Source of the DNA: Phocoenobacter uteri
GTDB taxonomy: Bacteria; Pseudomonadota; Gammaproteobacteria; Enterobacterales; Pasteurellaceae
Direction: 5' to 3'
Assembly: GCF_900454895.1 (NCBI RefSeq)
Contig: NZ_UGTA01000001.1
Location: forward strand, 2,042,638 to 2,066,637
DNA: 24,000 bases
Positions within the stretch are counted from its first letter, which is position 1; each line of letters opens with the position of its first letter. The notes below the pieces were generated by a model that saw nothing but the letters and a program-made list of their open reading frames with translations, had not been told where the DNA came from and did no database searches. This document shows positions 19,325 through 24,000 of the stretch, one piece after another. The position numbers and the translations under genes are program-made.

Positions 19325-19369
19325 AAAGTTGATTACTCACTTACTTTAACTTAATTATAAAATAGCTCT

Positions 19370-20173
19370 CTATAAAATGCCTAAGAACGACAATAAAATA
19401 GAAAGCCCAAAGGTGATTGCAATCAGCATAATAGGGTTAAAACGTTTTTTAGTTAGTAAATAATACATCACCAACACGTAGCCTAATCCTAAAATATTTG
19501 GGAAAATTTTATCAAAAAAGTCTGCTTGAACAGAAACGGTTTTTTGAGCATTCACCACGATTTCACTGATCACGTTAATGTGAACATAAGAGGCAATTAA
19601 GCCACCGATAACGGTTACCCCTAAAATCGTTGCCCCTTTTGCGATAATGTCGGACTCTTTCTTAATGCGTTCTACAGCATTTATCCCTAAATTGTACCCA
19701 AGATGCGTTAAAGGAATGCGTAACAGCCAAATCGCAAGGTAAACCGCAAAGAATAAAATTGGTCCAAGAATGCTACCCGACATTGCCAAAGAGGCACAAA
19801 CCCCTGCCATAATCGGTAATAAGGTAAACCAGAATATTGCGTCACCAATCCCTGCTAAGGGGGCGAATAAGGCAAGTTTAAGCCCTTTTATTGTGGCTCG
19901 TTTTTCTTTTGCCTCTTCTAATGAAACCAGTAATCCCATTAAAAAGCCGACAAGATTTGGGTGGGTGTTGATAAATTCCAAATTGTCATTCATTGCATCA
20001 GAAAGATCTTTTTTATCTTTGTGGATTTTTTTCAATAGCGGTAATTGAGAATAGAGAAAACCACAAGATTGCATTCTTTCGTAGTTGAAACTTGCTTGTA
20101 AAAATGATGAACGAATGGCAAGTTTGGTAATATCTGATTTTGTGATCACTTTATTAGATTCCATCTTCTTCAT
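19370..20173 (-). CDS. PTS mannose/sorbose-family IID component, AgaD/AgaE-like (N-acetylgalactosamine/galactosamine type)
   Basis: 267 aa. Blocks LQASFNYERMQ, DNLEFINTHPNLVGFLMGLL, IAGIGDAIFWFTLLPIMAG and TVIGGLIASYVHINV match E. coli AgaD as I recall it. An alternative start at 20164 (MESNK) has GAGG 9 nt upstream and may be the true start. Confidence 0.88.
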   Translation of the reverse strand: MKKMESNKVITKSDITKLAIRSSFLQASFNYERMQSCGFLYSQLPLLKKIHKDKKDLSDAMNDNLEFINTHPNLVGFLMGLLVSLEEAKEKRATIKGLKLALFAPLAGIGDAIFWFTLLPIMAGVCASLAMSGSILGPILFFAVYLAIWLLRIPLTHLGYNLGINAVERIKKESDIIAKGATILGVTVIGGLIASYVHINVISEIVVNAQKTVSVQADFFDKIFPNILGLGYVLVMYYLLTKKRFNPIMLIAITFGLSILLSFLGIL

Positions 20174-20954
20174 CCTCTACTTTTTGGGTTACTTTACTAA
20201 GGGTTGATAAAATTTGGCTACGTTCTTTACCAATGTTGTACATTAACATTGCAAGTGCCACACCAACAGCAGCTACTGGCAATAAGTTAGAGAAAGTCAA
20301 GAAACTTGCCATTACAAAACCAATAATGAGATAAGGTACATATTCAAGTTTAAGCAATACTTTCAATAACATACCAAAACCAACCGCTGGTAAAATTCCC
20401 CCTGTTACTTCAAAACCGTGAGTTAGCCACGCAGGTAAGCCATTTACTAAGGCTTTCATCGGTTCTTGTGCAATATAAGCACATAAGAAAACGATAATTG
20501 CATACAAGCAACCAATGATTGCTGTTGTGGTAATGTTGATTTTTGCAATACTTTGTACATCGGCATTTTCAGCGGCTTCATCAGCTTTAACCATAAAGAC
20601 GGTGAAAGCGGAGTAGCAGAATAGAATGATATATTGCATTAAAAAGCTAAATGGTAAGGCTAAAGCCATTGCGGCTTGTGGGGTTGAACTTGTGGTATAG
20701 GCGAGAACCGTTCCCATTACCCCTGCTAAAATCGGATTTGGCGGTTGCACGCCCCCTGCGGGTGTTAAACCTGCGAAAGCAAGCTCTGTTAAACCACCGA
20801 CCATTAAACCTGTTTGTAAATCGCCAAGAATTGCCCCTGTTAAGGTTGCCACGATAATCGGTCTAAAAATAAAAAGTGCCTCAAACCAAAAATCGATCCC
20901 AACAATGAGAGCCAATATGGCAATCCCAATCCCTTGTAATAAAGTAATTTCCAT
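20154..20954 (-). CDS. PTS mannose/sorbose-family IIC component (AgaC/AgaW-like)
   Basis: 266 aa, polytopic. The sequence and its position between the IIB and IID genes are typical of a mannose-class IIC component. AAGGAG lies 6 nt upstream of the ATG. Confidence 0.85.
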   Translation of the reverse strand: MEITLLQGIGIAILALIVGIDFWFEALFIFRPIIVATLTGAILGDLQTGLMVGGLTELAFAGLTPAGGVQPPNPILAGVMGTVLAYTTSSTPQAAMALALPFSFLMQYIILFCYSAFTVFMVKADEAAENADVQSIAKINITTTAIIGCLYAIIVFLCAYIAQEPMKALVNGLPAWLTHGFEVTGGILPAVGFGMLLKVLLKLEYVPYLIIGFVMASFLTFSNLLPVAAVGVALAMLMYNIGKERSQILSTLSKVTQKVEDEEDGI

Positions 20955-20983
20955 AATTTTCTCCTTTGCTAAATGAGTTAAAA

Positions 20984-21448
20984 TTATTTAATAAATTCCT
21001 TATTGTCTCCGGGTACATCCTGTATATATAGCTTAACGCCATAATCTCGGATTTTGTGTAGATAGTCTAAGTCGTTTTCATCCACATAGACTTTTTTGCT
21101 TAGTTGCGTTTTACCTTTTGAAAAGTGCATATTACCAATATTGATTTCTTCAATCGGTACACCACCTTCAACCAGTTTCCAAGCAACTTCTGGATTTGGT
21201 ACAACAATAAAAATTTTCTGTCGGTCTGAGGCTTTATGAATGACATCAATCATTTTTTGAACACTGAAAAAGCGTACACCTGCACCAGAGGTTTGTAGCA
21301 CACTAGACATAAGCGTTTGTTGAAGGGGATCTTCTGCAACGTTATCATCAACCACCACAACTAAATTAGCTTGTAGCGTCATCACCCAAGTCATTCCAAC
21401 TTGTCCGTGAATCAGACGATTATCTATGCGAGTGAGTAAGATCGGCAT
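20984..21448 (-). CDS. PTS mannose/sorbose-family IIB component (AgaB/AgaV-like)
   Basis: 154 aa. The N-terminal TRIDNRLIHGQV contains the phosphorylatable His of mannose-class IIB. Overall similarity to AgaV as I recall it. Confidence 0.88.
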   Translation of the reverse strand: MPILLTRIDNRLIHGQVGMTWVMTLQANLVVVVDDNVAEDPLQQTLMSSVLQTSGAGVRFFSVQKMIDVIHKASDRQKIFIVVPNPEVAWKLVEGGVPIEEINIGNMHFSKGKTQLSKKVYVDENDLDYLHKIRDYGVKLYIQDVPGDNKEFIK

Positions 21449-21495
21449 AGTCTTCTCCTATTTAATAATCAAAGAATAAATAAAAAGATTGACTT

Positions 21496-21523
21496 ATTTT
21501 AGATCGGAATTTTTTAATGGCAA
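21496..21523 (-). promoter_or_regulatory. Candidate sigma70 promoter of the PTS IIB-IIC-IID operon
   Basis: On the - strand: TTGCCA (21523-21518), a 16-nt spacer, then TAAAAT (21501-21496). The predicted +1 near 21489 gives a ~41-nt leader with an AGGAG Shine-Dalgarno sequence. Confidence 0.4.
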
Positions 21524-21549
21524 TTACTAATTACTAATTACTAATTACT
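21522..21549. repeat. Heptanucleotide tandem repeat (AATTACT)x4
   Basis: Four perfect head-to-tail copies at 21522-21549 plus one extra base. The array abuts, and overlaps by 2 nt, the predicted -35 box of the PTS operon. Confidence 0.95.
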
Positions 21550-21634
21550 AGACCTAGATCACACTTTTTATCGCAAAAAGCAACTATTTTTAACAATCTT
21601 TAGTTATTTTTTGTTGTGTTTTTGCAAATTTTTA

Positions 21635-21671
21635 ATAAAAAATGACCGCTTATAATCTAAATTATAAACGG
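21635..21671 (-). terminator. Terminator of the SIMPL-domain gene (includes a USS)
   Basis: On the - strand, ccgtttataat (complement of 21661-21671) pairs with attataagcgg (complement of 21646-21656) in an 11-bp stem with 1 mismatch and a 4-nt loop, followed by tcattttttatt. Confidence 0.65.
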
Positions 21672-21708
21672 CACATAAATGTAATGATAAATTTTTTGTT
21701 GTAATAAA

Positions 21709-22425
21709 TTACTTAAACTTCGCCGTACCAGACACTTGGCTCACGATCGTTTCTTTCCCTGCTTCAAGAGGGATTTTAATTTCTTCTTGAAGTGGGGCTT
21801 TTGTCGCACCGTAGGTCATTTGAGCCATATAAGGTCGATAATAGCTGCGATCATTAAAGTTACCTAATTTTACATCATCCAAAATATATTCTTTGGCATT
21901 TAAGGCAAGCTTGATCACTTCTGCTTTATGTTGCAATTTTTGGATCATTTCAGTAGTCAGCTCATCTTCTAACATTGCCCATTTTTCAGGGGATACAGTG
22001 AAATAAACGGAATTTAAGGCAATATTTTCACCCAATGATGCGAGCAATTTTTCCATTGATTTAAAGTCTTTGCTTTTAAATTCAATATTGCCCTGTGCTT
22101 CCCAGCCTTTCACTTTCTCTTTTTCATAATGCGGATAGTTTTGAATGCCTGTTGCTTCTACTTCGATAGTTGGATATTGCTTGGCTAATTCCAGCACCTT
22201 ATTCAAATTTTTAGACACAAACTCTCTCAACTCCGTTAAGGATTCGCCTGTTTTACGGCTATATACAGAAGCGAGCATTAAGTCTTTATCAATTGTTCGG
22301 CGTACTTCGGTAGCAAAGTGAAAGGTTGATTTATAATCATCATTATTCGTGATGGTTTCTTGTGCGAATGTGCTAACTGCGGTTGCCATAAGCGGTAAGA
22401 TAAGTAAGTATTTTTGTAATTTCAT
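21709..22425 (-). CDS. Periplasmic SIMPL-domain (DUF541, YggE-like) protein
   Basis: 238 aa with a signal peptide (MKLQKYLLILPLMATAVSTFA|QE). The length and pattern (....GW.A.....F...D...........L.......V.F..S....) are typical of SIMPL/26-kDa periplasmic immunogenic proteins. Confidence 0.7.
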   Translation of the reverse strand: MKLQKYLLILPLMATAVSTFAQETITNNDDYKSTFHFATEVRRTIDKDLMLASVYSRKTGESLTELREFVSKNLNKVLELAKQYPTIEVEATGIQNYPHYEKEKVKGWEAQGNIEFKSKDFKSMEKLLASLGENIALNSVYFTVSPEKWAMLEDELTTEMIQKLQHKAEVIKLALNAKEYILDDVKLGNFNDRSYYRPYMAQMTYGATKAPLQEEIKIPLEAGKETIVSQVSGTAKFK

Positions 22426-22463
22426 TGTTTTTCCTTGAAAAGTGGATACTTAGGTTGGATTAG

Positions 22464-23198
22464 TTATTGTTCATTAAGTTCAATCACGATGGCGTGATGA
22501 GGATCGCAAGGGTCAATAATCCAGCGAATGTTACATCCAGCAAGCAACATTCCGTAAATGCGATCCGTCAATTTATTTTGTTGATAAGCTGGGCGAGGAT
22601 CTTGGGCGATCACATCTTGAATAAAAGCGAGTGGATCAGCAATCTGATATTTTGCAAATTTAGAACATAATTTGACCGCTTGTTGAACCTCATCCGTAAA
22701 GGTTACTGCTAACTTTTGAGAGGGTTTTTGCTGAGCAAAACCAGATTTTGCTTCAATTTCACAATCAGCGTAAGCAAGGTAGGGTTTGATATCTAAAATA
22801 GGTGTGCCATCAACTAAATCGACACTGCCCAGATGAAGTAATACTTCGCCATTTTTATACTCTATTCTTTCTAATTCTACTTTTGATAAACCAATCGGAT
22901 TTGGACGATGTGTGGCACGGCTAGCAAAAACCCCAATGCGTTCATTTCCACCTAAGCGTGGTGGGCGAACAGTAGTTTGAGCTTTGCGAGAAGGAATATG
23001 ATGAAATTGAAATAAGAGCCACAAATGACTAAATTGCTCTAAGCCTCGTACTGAGTCAGGGGTGTTGTAAGGGGGCAATAAGCGTAAAATTCCTTTACCT
23101 TGTGACACTAAATTGGGCTGGCGTGGAACGGAAAATTTTTCGCCATAGGGCGTTGAAATCGTGCCGATAGGGTAAAAAGTTACGGATTGAGTGTCCAT
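22464..23198 (-). CDS. trmO: tRNA (t6A37-N6)-methyltransferase TrmO (YaeB/TsaA family)
   Basis: Collinear with E. coli YaeB as I recall it ([84 protein letters not shown]). The track start at 23204 is a TTG. The ATG at 23198 (MDTQSV...) has AGGAA 8 nt upstream and is preferred. Confidence 0.9.
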   Translation of the reverse strand: MDTQSVTFYPIGTISTPYGEKFSVPRQPNLVSQGKGILRLLPPYNTPDSVRGLEQFSHLWLLFQFHHIPSRKAQTTVRPPRLGGNERIGVFASRATHRPNPIGLSKVELERIEYKNGEVLLHLGSVDLVDGTPILDIKPYLAYADCEIEAKSGFAQQKPSQKLAVTFTDEVQQAVKLCSKFAKYQIADPLAFIQDVIAQDPRPAYQQNKLTDRIYGMLLAGCNIRWIIDPCDPHHAIVIELNEQ

Positions 23199-23292
23199 TT
23201 GCAAATTTCCTGTAAAAAATCAAAACATTGTCGGGTATTTTATACTAAAATGCACCAATGATAAGAAAAGTAACCGATAAATAAAATTTAAT

Positions 23293-24000
23293 ATGAATAA
23301 ATCAACTATTGCCATTTGGCTGAAAACCGCTCGCCCAAAAACCTTACCTCTCGCTCTTGCGTCTATTTTAGTGGGATCAGCCTTAGCCTATGGAAATGGC
23401 TCATTCAACGGAATAACAACGCTGTTGGCTTTTCTTACCACGATTTTATTGCAAATTTTATCAAATTTTGCGAATGATTATGGCGATCACGTTAAAGGTT
23501 CAGATACCCAAGAGCGTATTGGCCCTTTAAGAGCGATTCAGCAAGGCGAAATCAGTGCAGAGCAGTTAAAAAAAGCCATTTATGTGTTGATTGGTTTGTC
23601 CTTGTTAAGTGGATTAAGCTTAATTTTTTATGCTTATCAATCGTGGCAAGATTTAATTGCATTTAGCTTGCTAGGTGTGCTTGCTATTGTGTGTGCAATC
23701 ACTTACACCGTTGGTAAAAAACCTTATGGTTATATTGGATTGGGCGATATTTCCGTATTGATATTCTTTGGGTTTTTGGCCGTTTTAGGCACATTTTATC
23801 TACAAGCTCACACCTTGCCACTTATAATTTTCTTGCCTGCTTGTAGCTGTGGATTATTATCTGTGGCGGTATTAAATATCAATAACTTACGAGATATCAA
23901 TCAAGATAAATTAGTGGGAAAAAATACCTTAATTGTGCGTATTGGTTCACAGAATGGACGAATTTATCACTTAATATTATTAAGCTTAGCGGTCATTTTT
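23293..24000 (+). CDS. menA: 1,4-dihydroxy-2-naphthoate octaprenyltransferase (partial; continues past the window end)
   Basis: Hand translation from the ATG at 23293 gives 236 stop-free codons to position 24000: MNKSTIAIWLKTARPKTLPLALASILVGSALAY...LLQILSNFANDYGDHVKGSDTQERIGPLRAIQQGEIS...YTVGKKPYGYIGLGDISVLIFFG...VLNINNLRDINQDKLVGKNTLIVRIG. This closely parallels E. coli MenA. It is absent from the ORF track because it has no stop codon in the window. Confidence 0.9.
   Translation, partial: MNKSTIAIWLKTARPKTLPLALASILVGSALAYGNGSFNGITTLLAFLTTILLQILSNFANDYGDHVKGSDTQERIGPLRAIQQGEISAEQLKKAIYVLIGLSLLSGLSLIFYAYQSWQDLIAFSLLGVLAIVCAITYTVGKKPYGYIGLGDISVLIFFGFLAVLGTFYLQAHTLPLIIFLPACSCGLLSVAVLNINNLRDINQDKLVGKNTLIVRIGSQNGRIYHLILLSLAVIF

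Noticed and set aside
21522-21549. The tandem repeat as a CRISPR array or minisatellite
   Set aside because: The units are 7 bp with no spacers, the array is only 28 bp long, and no cas genes are present. It is a simple sequence repeat.
21548-21563. Full CRP site upstream of the PTS operon
   Set aside because: Only the right half (TCACA with CTAGA flank) matches. The left half reads CTAGA instead of TGTGA (2/5). It is kept as a caveat in the heptamer-repeat finding and is not called as a feature.
17331-22670. Antisense ORFs in lacY (17331-17546), the regulator (18701-18970), PTS IID (19770-20048), PTS IIC (20651-20857) and trmO (22467-22670)
   Set aside because: Each is fully contained in a confidently assigned gene on the other strand. 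No motifs or translation signals were found.

Overview
The window looks like a chromosomal fragment from a low-GC member of the Pasteurellaceae. My hand scan found 21 copies of the 7-mer AAGCGGT/ACCGCTT, the core of the Apl-type uptake signal sequence (USS) ACAAGCGGT. Many of these sit as inverted pairs that double as terminators. Most genes are housekeeping: ubiH-family hydroxylase, glyS, glyQ, yihY, dtd, fklB, rhlE, sdhE, ispH, lspA, glnB, a SIMPL-domain protein, trmO and menA. Three blocks look accessory. (1) A compositionally foreign, AT-rich three-gene insertion splits glyQ from glyS. It encodes an FRG-domain protein, a translationally coupled single-cysteine glutaredoxin-like protein, and a YhcG/DUF1016 PD-(D/E)XK nuclease. 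This is my best candidate for an undescribed defence or stress system. (2) A lacI-family / lacY / lacZ cluster has a divergent control region with two near-consensus CRP sites and three LacI-type palindromes. (3) An Aga-like mannose-family PTS IIB-IIC-IID operon has no IIA gene, and its predicted promoter abuts an (AATTACT)x4 heptanucleotide repeat. The ORF track misses three coding regions: a 41-codon lipoprotein gene (11295-11420) and two partial genes at the window ends (1-264, 23293-24000). I saw no rRNA or tRNA gene, CRISPR array, IS element or integrase. All similarity calls rest on my recall of protein families, not on database searches.
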